Shown here: positions 1-8,373 of the stretch, piece by piece | How the letters are laid out: every line of letters begins with the position of its first letter | Numbering within the stretch: position 1 is the stretch's first letter | From: a virus | Lineage: Duplodnaviria; Heunggongvirae; Uroviricota; Caudoviricetes | Virus record (IMG/VR): IMGVR_UViG_2563366915_000001 | Direction: 5' to 3' (one strand) | Length of the DNA: 34,673 bases | Made by a program: the position numbers and the translations under genes | The notes under the pieces: model-generated | What the model was told of the DNA's origin: nothing | The model's input: only the letters and a program-made list of their open reading frames with translations | Databases searched by the model: none

Positions 1-1164
1 TTACGCCTTCTTTATATCCTCCATAATTCCAGAGTGGGACATATTTGGGACATTATCACCAAAAATGTCGTCTATTTTCCTCGCATGCTCTGTCAAATGA
101 TTAGGCGCAAGGTGAGCATACCTACGAACCATTTCTATGGACTCCCATCCGCCCATTTCCTGAAGCACTGATAATGGGACGCCTGACTGAATCAGCCAGC
201 TTGCCCAGGTGTGTCTGAGGTCATGGAAACGGAAATCTTCAATTCCTGCACGACGACAAGCTGATAGCCATGATGTCTTGCTGTCGATGCGCATCTTCCT
301 GACCGCAGGCGTTGATGTTCCATCTGCTCGCTTAGCCGCCTTGGTATGTACAAACACCCATTTGTGATGCTTGCCTATTTGATCACGCAACACTTTACAG
401 GCGGTATCGTTCAGCGCCACACCAATGGCGCGGTTTGATTTGCTCTCTTCTGGATTCACCCAGGCAACTCGTCGCTGCATGTCGATTTGTTGCCATTCCA
501 GATTTATGATGTTCGACTTTCTCAGACCAGTTGCCAGCGCAAACTTGACGACAGATTTCAGTGGTTCGGGGCACTCATCAATAAGGCGTTTTGCTTCCTC
601 CTTTTCCAGCCATCTGACTCGCTTGTTTCTGACCGCTGGTATCTTGATGACAGGCGCTTTTTCCAGCCACTTCCAGTCGCGTTCTGCAGCACGGAGAATG
701 GCCTTTATCATGGCAAGATGCTTTGCCTTTGTCTGAGTTGATACTGGCTTTGGTTCATAAACAGGCAGTTCTTTACCTTTCCTGATGGCGGCCTGAACTT
801 TCTGTTTCCATATTTCTTTCGTCTTTCTGTTATGCATTCTGCTTACAGCAGAGTAAATCTTTGCCTCCGAGATATCTTTAAGCCTTATACCCTCAAAATG
901 TTCAAGCCAGAACTCAATCCGGCTTTTATCTGAATCGAGAGATTTTTTATCAGCTTTTTCCTCAAGCCATCTTAGGCAGGCCTCTTCAAAAGTGACATCA
1001 GGTAAATCCCCTAGCTTTTCTACTCGCCAGAGTTCTGCTTTTCGCTTGTCGTGCAACTCCTGAGCTTGCCGCTTGTCCTTTGTGCCAAGAGATTCCTTAA
1101 TTCGTTTCCCGCCCGGGAGCGAATACGAGGCATACCATATTTCATTTCTGCGGAAGAGTGACAT
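1..1164 (-). CDS. int: Tyrosine site-specific integrase, 387 aa, full length; stop codon is at window positions 1-3
   Basis: ORF-track translation has the C-terminal tyrosine-recombinase signature (HDLRHTWAS...RYAH) and matches my recollection of DLP12 IntD (argU-targeting); it is not lambda Int. It is the first gene of a leftward operon followed by xis. Confidence 0.9.
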   Translation of the reverse strand: MSLFRRNEIWYASYSLPGGKRIKESLGTKDKRQAQELHDKRKAELWRVEKLGDLPDVTFEEACLRWLEEKADKKSLDSDKSRIEFWLEHFEGIRLKDISEAKIYSAVSRMHNRKTKEIWKQKVQAAIRKGKELPVYEPKPVSTQTKAKHLAMIKAILRAAERDWKWLEKAPVIKIPAVRNKRVRWLEKEEAKRLIDECPEPLKSVVKFALATGLRKSNIINLEWQQIDMQRRVAWVNPEESKSNRAIGVALNDTACKVLRDQIGKHHKWVFVHTKAAKRADGTSTPAVRKMRIDSKTSWLSACRRAGIEDFRFHDLRHTWASWLIQSGVPLSVLQEMGGWESIEMVRRYAHLAPNHLTEHARKIDDIFGDNVPNMSHSGIMEDIKKA

Positions 1165-1391
1165 TTTCTTTCCTCTGTTATGCCATCACCCGCGCTCACC
1201 TGGACAGTATGCAGCGGAGACTGAAGCGCCGCAATGCAGGCTTGCCGTGTTGTGAGGTAAGGAGATTTTGGCTTGGTTGGATCTTTACGTGTTGCCTGTA
1301 GGCGGCCTGTTCGTATCCAGTTGGTGGCGGTTGGTCTGGATATCTTAAGAAACTGACAGGCCTCATCGAGTGTGAGGCTGTATGATTCCAT
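1020..1391 (-). CDS. xis: Excisionase-like DNA-binding protein; start taken at MESYSL, overlaps the int start
   Basis: N-terminus [31 protein letters not shown] is a winged-helix/HTH pattern typical of Xis/AlpA-type proteins; position immediately upstream of int. Exact 3' extent is uncertain because the frame runs on into int. Confidence 0.5.
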   Translation of the reverse strand: MESYSLTLDEACQFLKISRPTATNWIRTGRLQATRKDPTKPKSPYLTTRQACIAALQSPLHTVQVSAGDGITEERKCHSSAEMKYGMPRIRSRAGNELRNLLAQRTSGKLRSCTTSEKQNSGE

Positions 1392-1641
1392 GGTTACCTC
1401 TGCTTTTTGAACGCATGTCACGTAACTTCTTAATGTGTTCTGCCGTTTCGATCTCTTCTGCTATCCGATCTGCATCAGCTTTATTCACAGGTTCAAAGTC
1501 ATGATTAAAGCGGAACATGCTGGCGATACATGTTCTGCCTTTTCGGATGTAGTGAACTTTGTTGTGGGTAGAACGCAGGATTTTGCAGGGAGTGCCGTGG
1601 TGGTCGACGTACCAGGTGTTAGGAAAAATGATTCTGAACAT
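1363..1641 (-). CDS. Hypothetical phage protein (92 aa)
   Basis: ORF in the leftward early operon between xis and the TraR-like gene; no recognisable motif. Confidence 0.35.
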   Translation of the reverse strand: MFRIIFPNTWYVDHHGTPCKILRSTHNKVHYIRKGRTCIASMFRFNHDFEPVNKADADRIAEEIETAEHIKKLRDMRSKSRGNHGIIQPHTR

Positions 1642-1688
1642 TTTTACACCTCAGTTGGACGATGTTGAAATTTGCTGCTTTGAGGCCA

Positions 1689-1907
1689 TCATAGTCCCCA
1701 TTGTTTGTTCTTAAGTTCGATCTCCTCCTGGCAACTTGCACAAGTCCGACAACCCTGAACAGCCAGGCGTCTTCGCTCATCTATCGGATCGCCACACTCA
1801 CAACAATGAGTTGCGGATACAGTCTGGTAGTTCAGACGACGCATTTTTATTGCTGTATTGCGCTGTAATTCTTCGATTTCTGATGCTGAATCAATGATGT
1901 CTGCCAT
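1689..1907 (-). CDS. TraR/DksA-family C4 zinc-finger protein (72 aa)
   Basis: Two CxxC pairs (CCECGDPIDE...CRTCASC) in a ~70-aa protein, the pattern of TraR-like RNA-polymerase-binding proteins encoded by lambdoid phages (lambda Orf73-like). Confidence 0.7.
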   Translation of the reverse strand: MADIIDSASEIEELQRNTAIKMRRLNYQTVSATHCCECGDPIDERRRLAVQGCRTCASCQEEIELKNKQWGL

Positions 1908-1999
1908 CTTCCATTAATCCCTGAATTGTTGGTTAATACGCTTGAGGATGAATGCGAACAATAAAAAAGGAGCCTGTAGCTCCCTGATGATTTTGCTTT

Positions 2000-2221
2000 T
2001 CATGTTAACCGTTCCTTAAAGACGCCGTTTAACATGCCGATCGCCAGGCTTAAATGAGTCGGTGTGAATCCCATCAGCGTTACCGTTTCACGGTGCTTCT
2101 TCAGTACGCTACGGCAAATGTCATCGACGTTTTTATCCGGAAACTGCTGTCTGGCTTTTTTGATTTCAGAATTAGCCTGACGGGCAATGCTGCGAAGGGC
2201 GTTTTCCTGCTGAGGTGTCAT
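2000..2221 (-). CDS. Hypothetical small protein of the lambda b-region type; start taken at MTPQQ, an upstream start at 2317 is possible
   Basis: ORF-track frame 2000..2317; position corresponds to the lambda orf61/ea cluster. Confidence 0.3.
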   Translation of the reverse strand: MTPQQENALRSIARQANSEIKKARQQFPDKNVDDICRSVLKKHRETVTLMGFTPTHLSLAIGMLNGVFKERLT

Positions 2222-2297
2222 TGAACAAGTCCCATGTCGGCAAGCATAAGCACACAGAATATGAAGCCCGCTGCCAGAAAAATGCATTCCGTGGCTG

Positions 2298-2489
2298 TCA
2301 TACCGGGTCTCTCTCATCTGCTTCTGCTTTCGCCACCATCATTTCCAGCTTTTGTGAAAGGGATGCGGCTAACGTATGAAATTCTTCGTCTGTTTCTACT
2401 GGTATTGGCACAAACCTGACTCCAATTTGAGCAAGGCTATGTGCCATCTCAATACTCGTTCTTAACTCAACAGGAGATGCTTTGTGCAT
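2298..2489 (-). CDS. Hypothetical small protein (63 aa), lambda orf63-like by position and size
   Basis: ORF track; lies between the orf60a-like ORF and the upstream small genes. Confidence 0.35.
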   Translation of the reverse strand: MHKASPVELRTSIEMAHSLAQIGVRFVPIPVETDEEFHTLAASLSQKLEMMVAKAEADERDPV

Positions 2490-2650
2490 ACCGCCTCCCG
2501 TTTATTATTTATCTTCTCAGCCAGCCGCTGTGCTTTCAGGGGATTTCTGATAACAGAAAGGCCGGGAAATACCCAGCCTCGCTTTGTAATGGAGTAGACG
2601 AAAGTGATCGCGCCTACCCGGATATTATCGTGAGGATGCGTCATCGCCAT
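2462..2650 (-). CDS. Hypothetical protein, lambda orf60a-like (62 aa)
   Basis: Translation [19 protein letters not shown]... matches my recollection of lambda orf60a; sits immediately downstream of exo with a short overlap. Confidence 0.45.
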   Translation of the reverse strand: MAMTHPHDNIRVGAITFVYSITKRGWVFPGLSVIRNPLKAQRLAEKINNKREAVCTKHLLLS

Positions 2651-3321
2651 TGCTCCCCAAATACAAAACCAATTTCAGCCAGTGCCTCGTCCATTTTTTC
2701 GATGAACTCCGGCACCATCTCGTCAAAACTCGCCATGTAATTTTCATCCCGCTCAACCACGACATAATGCAGGCCTTCACGCTTCATTCGTGGGTCATAG
2801 TTGGCAAAGTACCAGGCATCTTTTCGCGTCACCCACATGCTGTACTGCACCTGGGCCATGTAAGCCGACTTTATGGCCTCGAAACCACCGAGCCGGAATT
2901 TCATGAAATCCCGGGAGGTAAACGGGCATTTCAGTTCAAGGCCGTTGCCGTCACTGCATAAACCATCGGGAGAGCAGGCGGTGCGCATACTTTCGTCGCG
3001 ATAGATGATCGGGGATTCAGTAACATTCACGCCGGAAGTAAACTCAAACAGGGCTCTGGCGTCGTTCTCGTACTGTTTTCCCCAGGCCAGCGCCTTAGCA
3101 TTAACTTCCGGAGCCACACCGGTGCAAACCTCAGCCAGCAGGGTGTGGAAGTAGGACATTTTCATGTCAGGCCACTTCTTTCCTGAGCGGGGCTTTGCTA
3201 TCACGTTGTGAACTTCTGAAGCGGTGATGACGCCGAGCCGTAATTTGTGCCATGCATCATCCCCCTGTTCGACAGCTCTCACGTCGATCCCGGTACGCTG
3301 CAGGATAATGTCCGGTGTCAT
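2641..3321 (-). CDS. exo: Lambda exonuclease (Red-alpha), 226 aa
   Basis: Translation [40 protein letters not shown]... is near-identical to lambda Exo as I recall it; 4-bp overlap with bet. Confidence 0.95.
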   Translation of the reverse strand: MTPDIILQRTGIDVRAVEQGDDAWHKLRLGVITASEVHNVIAKPRSGKKWPDMKMSYFHTLLAEVCTGVAPEVNAKALAWGKQYENDARALFEFTSGVNVTESPIIYRDESMRTACSPDGLCSDGNGLELKCPFTSRDFMKFRLGGFEAIKSAYMAQVQYSMWVTRKDAWYFANYDPRMKREGLHYVVVERDENYMASFDEMVPEFIEKMDEALAEIGFVFGEQWR

Positions 3322-4103
3322 GCTGCCACCTTCTGCTCAGTGGCTTTCTGTTTCAGGAATCCAAGAGCTTTCACTGCTTCGGCCTGTGTCAGTTCTGACG
3401 ATGCGCGAATGTCGCGGCGAAATATCTGGGAACAGAGCGGCAATAAGTCGTCATCCCATGTTTTATCCAGGGCGATCAGCAGAGTGTTAATCTCCTGCAT
3501 GGTTTCATCGTTAACCGGAGTGATGTCGCGTTCCGGCTGACGTTCTGCAGTGTATGCGGTATTTTCGACAATGCGCTCGGCTTCATCCTTGTCATAGATA
3601 CCAGCAAATCCGAAGGCCAGACGGGCACACTGAATCATGGCTTTATGACGTAACATCCGTTTGGGATGCGACTGCCACGGTCCGGTGATTTCTCTGCCTT
3701 CGCGGGTTTTGAATGGTTCGCGGCGGCATTCATCCATCCACTCGGTAACGCAGATCGGATGATTGCGGTCCTTGCGGTAAATCCGGCATGTGCAGGATTC
3801 ATTGTCCTGCTCAAAGTCCATACCATCAAACTGCTGGTTTTCATTGATGATGCGGGACCAGCCATCAACGCCCACCACCGGAACGATGCCATTCTGCTTA
3901 TCAGGAAAGGCGTAAATTTCTTTCGTCCATGGATTAAGGCCGTACTGGTTGGCAACGATCAGTAATGCGATGAACTGCGCATCGCTGGCATCACCTTTAA
4001 ATGCCGTCTGGCGAAGAGTGGTGATCAGTTCCTGTGGGTCGACAGAATCCATGCCGACACGTTCAGCCAGCTTCCCTGCCAGCGTTGCGAGTGCTGTACT
4101 CAT
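3318..4103 (-). CDS. bet: Lambda Bet (Red-beta) single-strand annealing recombinase, 261 aa
   Basis: Translation [50 protein letters not shown]... matches lambda Bet. Confidence 0.95.
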   Translation of the reverse strand: MSTALATLAGKLAERVGMDSVDPQELITTLRQTAFKGDASDAQFIALLIVANQYGLNPWTKEIYAFPDKQNGIVPVVGVDGWSRIINENQQFDGMDFEQDNESCTCRIYRKDRNHPICVTEWMDECRREPFKTREGREITGPWQSHPKRMLRHKAMIQCARLAFGFAGIYDKDEAERIVENTAYTAERQPERDITPVNDETMQEINTLLIALDKTWDDDLLPLCSQIFRRDIRASSELTQAEAVKALGFLKQKATEQKVAA

Positions 4104-4108
4104 CCGTT

Positions 4109-4405
4109 TTATACCTCTGAATCAATATCAACCTGGTGGTGAGCAATGGTTTCAACCATGTACCGGATGTGTTCTGCCATGCGCTCCTGAAACTCAACAT
4201 CGTCATCAAACGCACGGGTAATGGCTTTTTTGCTGGCCCCGTGGCGTTGCAAATGATCGATGCATAGCGATTCAAACAGGTGCTGGGGCAGGCCTTTTTC
4301 CATGTCGTCTGCCAGTTCTGCCTCTTTCTCTTCACGGGCGATCTGCTGGTAGTGACGCGCCCAGCTCTGAGCCTCAAGACGATCCTGAATGTAATAAGCG
4401 TTCAT
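4109..4405 (-). CDS. gam: Gam, host RecBCD inhibitor; only the short (GamS-length, 98 aa) form is encoded
   Basis: Translation [60 protein letters not shown]... matches lambda Gam from its internal Met. The in-frame upstream sequence has no start codon and reaches a stop at 4490-4492. Confidence 0.9.
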   Translation of the reverse strand: MNAYYIQDRLEAQSWARHYQQIAREEKEAELADDMEKGLPQHLFESLCIDHLQRHGASKKAITRAFDDDVEFQERMAEHIRYMVETIAHHQVDIDSEV

Positions 4406-4480
4406 GGCTGAACTCCTGAAAATGGCTGTGAAAAAATCGCCCGCGGAATGCCAGGCTGATTCGGAAAACAGGAAAGGGGA

Positions 4481-4771
4481 TTAGTGATTCAGACCGTTGC
4501 CGCGTCCGTCGAGAAAAACTTCCACGAGCAAGTCACGGGTATAAGTGCGCTCAATGCCGCGATGCAGATAAAGTCGTCCGCGTAAATTAGCTGATGCAGT
4601 CCAGGTACCATCTTTGCGTTTGACCAGCATTCCTGGCATGACCGCACCGCGATTAACGGTCTGCGTTCCGTAATGTTGATGAACCATAAAAACTCCTGCC
4701 CGTAAGCTGGGCTGCTGAACATATAAAGACTTCTGCGCGTATTCAGGCGGTGGATGGCCGCCGGTTGTCAT
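4481..4771 (-). CDS. First ORF of the PL operon; kil-like by position, possibly N-terminally extended (96 aa)
   Basis: Ends where lambda kil ends relative to gam; no arginine-rich motif, so not N-like; no cIII-like sequence. Identity to lambda Kil is not verified. Confidence 0.4.
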   Translation of the reverse strand: MTTGGHPPPEYAQKSLYVQQPSLRAGVFMVHQHYGTQTVNRGAVMPGMLVKRKDGTWTASANLRGRLYLHRGIERTYTRDLLVEVFLDGRGNGLNH

Positions 4772-4964
4772 AACTAAGCCGCCTCGTTGAAGCGACTAAG
4801 GTATGAAATGTTGAGTTGATTTCAGCTGGTCACACCGACGTTCACGCGTCCGTTTCATCCCTCGCACTCCCCGAAGCCTGCTGAAATTCAAGCTGCGGAT
4901 CTAAGCGGTCATCGCAACGGTGAATCAGGTAGTTGCCGTATCGTTGTGTTGTTGCGATGAACTT

Positions 4965-5040
4965 ATTTAAAACTATAGTTGTTTTATCGTCAACAACAAA
5001 AGTTGTTTTATTGGTTGTTTTAGATATAACTGGTTGTATT
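4965..5040 (-). promoter_or_regulatory. Candidate PL promoter with OL-type operator repeats
   Basis: On the minus strand: TTGACG (plus 4988-4993), 17-nt spacer, TTAAAT (plus 4965-4970). Architecture ttgttgacNNaaaacaacNatagtttTAA parallels the PR candidate. GGTTGTT/AACAACC-type half sites recur (ttggttgtttt, actggttgtat, caacaacaaaag). Confidence 0.45.
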
Positions 5041-5130
5041 TAGGATGGATTTATTTTGTGACTTGAATCGCATAGCGATAACTGAAGCGAGGTTATGGTG
5101 GTTTTTTTAACGGTGTGTGTGATGAGGGGA

Positions 5131-5161
5131 GGGCAAAAGAAAACCCGGCACGGTGGCCGGG
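5131..5161 (-). terminator. Rho-independent terminator closing the cI-proximal two-gene cassette
   Basis: Stem cccggc/gccggg (5144-5149 / 5156-5161) with 6-nt loop; on the minus strand it is followed by ttttcttttgccc; sits 9 bp past the stop of the 310-aa ORF. Confidence 0.6.
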
Positions 5162-5169
5162 TAGCATCA

Positions 5170-6102
5170 CTATTCGATTTTTTTAACCATGTAGTTACGT
5201 CGTGATGTTCCTAATCTTTCATTGTGAATCTCAGAAACGCTTACTACGAGCGATATTCGTTCACCAACTTTATATTTACTTTGAATTTCTCCTAACATAT
5301 CAATCGGATAAGAAGCCTTTATTTTTCCAAGCTCGCTTGCAATCTCCAATTTCCCGTACATGGATAAAATAGCAAGTTCGCCTGATATATGCTCATCCGG
5401 TAGCTGAATGACCTTCGTTAAAGCTAAGCGAGCATTCAGTTTTTTTATATCTTCTGAAGAAATTGACACTTGTCTGGTACCATCACTTAAAGGTCCAATC
5501 CAAGTAAGATCAAAGTTAAGACTATATTTTTCGCACTCATTTATGATGTTTTTTAGGTTAGCTGTTGATTGCGAACCAATTTCGGCAATTTTAGCCGTGA
5601 ATGTTTCTTCATCAATGGATGAGAGTAGTGCAAAAATCTCCTTAACAGCATGACTGGATACTGTTTCGATGAGCTCGCAAGAACCAGTAGAAAAAGTAAC
5701 ACCTAACTTCGTCGAACCTGGACGCAAGTCTGCCAATCTCATGTCTAATGATTTTTTAACATCAATCGGCACACGACTAGAATCTTTCCCAGATCCAAGT
5801 CGGTAAACTGCTTTCTGTACAAGGGATGCGAGATTACCTGAAATTACAGATAGAATATCTAACGGAATAGACCCGAAATCGACCAAAACACCTTTTAATC
5901 TCAACTCCATGAAATCACGTAAAGGATGTTGGTTATCGATTGCACGTTGTCTCTCTCGGAGATCGCTCAGATGGGAGTCAAGTGATCTAAATATAATGTC
6001 ATCAGCAAATGATCTCCCCTTATTTTGAGCAAGCAGATCCACATCGCGTTGAATGAACGCAATTCGCTCCTTGAGGGAGTTGAATGTTTTTTCTTCGCTC
6101 AT
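5170..6102 (-). CDS. Uncharacterised 310-aa protein, second gene of the cassette in the rexAB slot
   Basis: Long ORF in AT-rich DNA; its ATG overlaps the stop of the upstream ORF (ATGA at 6099-6102); no motif I can recognise (no Walker A, no clear HEPN Rx4-6H, no TM segment). Confidence 0.7.
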   Translation of the reverse strand: MSEEKTFNSLKERIAFIQRDVDLLAQNKGRSFADDIIFRSLDSHLSDLRERQRAIDNQHPLRDFMELRLKGVLVDFGSIPLDILSVISGNLASLVQKAVYRLGSGKDSSRVPIDVKKSLDMRLADLRPGSTKLGVTFSTGSCELIETVSSHAVKEIFALLSSIDEETFTAKIAEIGSQSTANLKNIINECEKYSLNFDLTWIGPLSDGTRQVSISSEDIKKLNARLALTKVIQLPDEHISGELAILSMYGKLEIASELGKIKASYPIDMLGEIQSKYKVGERISLVVSVSEIHNERLGTSRRNYMVKKIE

Positions 6103-6572
6103 AACATTACCCTCACGAGGCCTTTAGGATTCTCCTTCCGATCAAAACCAAACCACCCTCTCCAGTAACTTCGCCTTTCACTATAATCGATTTCTGGATG
6201 ATTTTCAGGCAGCAAAAGAACGTCAATGCTGTAGTTTTCTTTAATAAAATCTCTATTTAACAATGAGCTGACCAATGGCATCAGCGTGTTTGGCAAAGAG
6301 TTTAGGGCCAAATAATCGACGACCACGAGTATATCTATGTCATCAGGTTCAGGTTTCTCTGTAGTGAATGAACCATCGATCCACACTTCAGAGAAACATA
6401 GACACTGCTGATTAACAAGTTTAAATTGCTCAATAAGCTGTATAAAATTACAGTATAGCATACTTCTTCTAACGGATTTTGGGAAGGTGTCGACACAAAG
6501 AGACTTGATGCCATCACTATCCATATCATGAAATCCTGCTGTAAGAAGAGGTGGGAAGCTAGGCTTTTCCAT
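6099..6572 (-). CDS. Putative minimal nucleotidyltransferase (pol-beta superfamily, MNT/SMODS-like), 157 aa
   Basis: Translation contains WIDGSFTTEKPEPDDIDILVVVD, i.e. hG[GS]-x9-DxD, the signature of pol-beta-fold NTases, with a further acidic stretch (DVLLLPEN) downstream; first gene after cI on the same strand. Confidence 0.65.
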   Translation of the reverse strand: MEKPSFPPLLTAGFHDMDSDGIKSLCVDTFPKSVRRSMLYCNFIQLIEQFKLVNQQCLCFSEVWIDGSFTTEKPEPDDIDILVVVDYLALNSLPNTLMPLVSSLLNRDFIKENYSIDVLLLPENHPEIDYSERRSYWRGWFGFDRKENPKGLVRVML

Positions 6573-6653
6573 CCTAAGTCCTTGTTTATGCCATATAGTG
6601 TTCTATTTAATATTCTTGAAAAGAGTGTGCCTTAAAAAGCTACAGGCTAATTA

Positions 6654-7343
6654 TTAACCATGCTTCCTGTACGTCTGCGGCATGCTCCCAATAACCTTAC
6701 CGAAGATGAACACCCGGTTCATCTCGTCTTTCTCGATCGGGTCCCACGGTGAGTAGCTTTTGTTATCAGAGATGACCAGCAGCTTATCCTTCATCATTTG
6801 CAGGCGCTTTACATGGGCTGTGTCGTCGTACAGAAACGCATAGATACCATCACCGTCGAAAGATTTAACTGTGATATCAACGAACAGCAGATCACCTGGT
6901 TCGATCGTTCCTGACATGCTGTCACCACGCACGTTAATGATGCGGATATTTTCCGCCTTCCTACCATCGAACATGTGACGAGCATCGTCAAACGAGTACT
7001 CAACCGAGCGTAGAACTTCTACAAACTCACGGTTGATGACTCCCGGCCCAGCACTGACTTCTATATCAAGAACGTCAATCTTGAAGTATTTGGAATGGCT
7101 GACAGTTGATTGTATTGGTTGCACTGTACTGTCTGACATATTTCCAACGCCAGAAGATAACCATTCTGCGCGCACACCCAAAGCGTTCGCGATCTCCACG
7201 ATTTTAGTTGTTTGATTAGCTTTCCCTGTTTCGATTTTCTGAATAGCAGCCTGGCTAACCCCGACCAAATCCCCAAGCGCCTTTTGTGTAAGGCCTCGCG
7301 CTAATCTGGCTTCTTTAAGTCTTTCTGAGAGTGTTGTTTTCAT
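6654..7343 (-). CDS. cI: CI-type prophage repressor, N-terminal HTH plus C-terminal S24/LexA-like peptidase; start taken at MKTTLSERL
   Basis: HTH region LTQKALGDLVGVSQAAIQKIETG; C-terminal autocleavage-domain pattern (RGDSMSGTIEPGDLLFVD...VKR); divergent from cro across an operator region. Confidence 0.9.
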   Translation of the reverse strand: MKTTLSERLKEARLARGLTQKALGDLVGVSQAAIQKIETGKANQTTKIVEIANALGVRAEWLSSGVGNMSDSTVQPIQSTVSHSKYFKIDVLDIEVSAGPGVINREFVEVLRSVEYSFDDARHMFDGRKAENIRIINVRGDSMSGTIEPGDLLFVDITVKSFDGDGIYAFLYDDTAHVKRLQMMKDKLLVISDNKSYSPWDPIEKDEMNRVFIFGKVIGSMPQTYRKHG

Positions 7344-7447
7344 AGTCCAAATGTACAACCAAGGTTTTATTCCATCAAACGAAAATGGTTGTTGACTAAA
7401 AACAACCATAGTTTTAATCTTGATTCAAATTAACCACGGAGGTTGTT
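7344..7447. promoter_or_regulatory. OR/PR/PRM region between cI and cro
   Basis: PR candidate TTGACT (7392-7397), 17-nt spacer, TAATCT (7415-7420); inverted repeat atggttgtt-N7-aacaaccat embraces the -35; same half sites as the PL region. Confidence 0.55.
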
Positions 7448-7678
7448 ATGAACCCAGCTATCAAAACAGCGATCAATATCGTTGGTTCACAAAAGAAACT
7501 GGGCGCTGCTTGCGAAGTTTCACAGCAGGCCGTCTATAAGTGGCTTCACAACAAAGCAAAGGTATCCCCTGAACATGTCGGCAGCATTGTTACGGCTACT
7601 GGTGGAGTAGTGAAGGCATACCAGATTCGCCCGGATCTTCCGAAGTTGTTTCCACACACCGAAAAGAACGCAGCTTAA
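7448..7678 (+). CDS. cro: Cro-like HTH regulator (76 aa)
   Basis: Small HTH protein (QKKLGAACEVSQQAVYKWL) transcribed divergently from cI immediately after PR. Confidence 0.75.
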   Translation: MNPAIKTAINIVGSQKKLGAACEVSQQAVYKWLHNKAKVSPEHVGSIVTATGGVVKAYQIRPDLPKLFPHTEKNAA

Positions 7679-7747
7679 ATTTCCATTTCACGCTCTTTAA
7701 CAATAAGCAATCAACTTAACAGTCAATTCAAACTAAAGGAGTCAATT

Positions 7748-8287
7748 ATGCAACCACTTCCATACCAACAGACTAGCGGATTTAGCCCGACTGCGGTGAT
7801 AAATCGTTCTCAAACAAAACAGGTGCCAGGCCACGAAAAAATCCGTGATGCCGTCCGCGCCTGGTCGGCTGTAGATAATCAGGATGTCGTTGCCACACTC
7901 ATTGTGAATGAGTATCGGGAGCAGGGCGGCGGCACCATCGATTTCCCTGATGATGTCAGCCGTGCACGCCAGAAGCTGTTCCGCTTCCTCGATAACAAAT
8001 TCGATTCTGAAAAATACCGAAATAACGTGCGTGAACTGACCCCGGCAATTCTGGCGGTACTACCGCTGGAATATCGCGGTTACCTGGTTGAGCAGGATAG
8101 CTTCATGGCTAGGTTGGCTGAAATGGAAAAGGAACTCAGTGAGGCAAAACAGGCTGTCATTCTCAACGCACCACGCCACCAGAAACTGAAGGAAATTAGT
8201 GAAGGTATTGTATCGATGTTTCGTGTGGACCCAGATCTGGCTGGTCCATTGATGGCGATGGTTACTACCATGCTGGGGGCGATATGA
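7748..8287 (+). CDS. YdaT-like protein occupying the cII position (179 aa)
   Basis: Motifs NEYREQGGG and LTPAILAVLPLEYR resemble what I recall of Rac YdaT; no lambda-cII-like sequence. Confidence 0.5.
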   Translation: MQPLPYQQTSGFSPTAVINRSQTKQVPGHEKIRDAVRAWSAVDNQDVVATLIVNEYREQGGGTIDFPDDVSRARQKLFRFLDNKFDSEKYRNNVRELTPAILAVLPLEYRGYLVEQDSFMARLAEMEKELSEAKQAVILNAPRHQKLKEISEGIVSMFRVDPDLAGPLMAMVTTMLGAI

Positions 8288-8373
8288 CAGGTTCAGAAAT
8301 GGCGAAAGCCGGTCTGCTGGAACAGAACCGACTTTCAGGTGCAAATCGTAACACACTCATTGCGGGAGGAATT

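Noticed and set aside
425-741. Plus-strand ORFs of 84-103 aa inside the integrase gene
   Set aside because: Antisense to a full-length integrase; no independent start context; arbitrary Ser/Cys/Phe-rich translations.
4406-4490. Possible long Gam (GamL) N-terminal extension
   Set aside because: The in-frame upstream sequence contains no ATG/GTG/TTG start in a sensible context before the stop at 4490-4492, so only the short form is supported.
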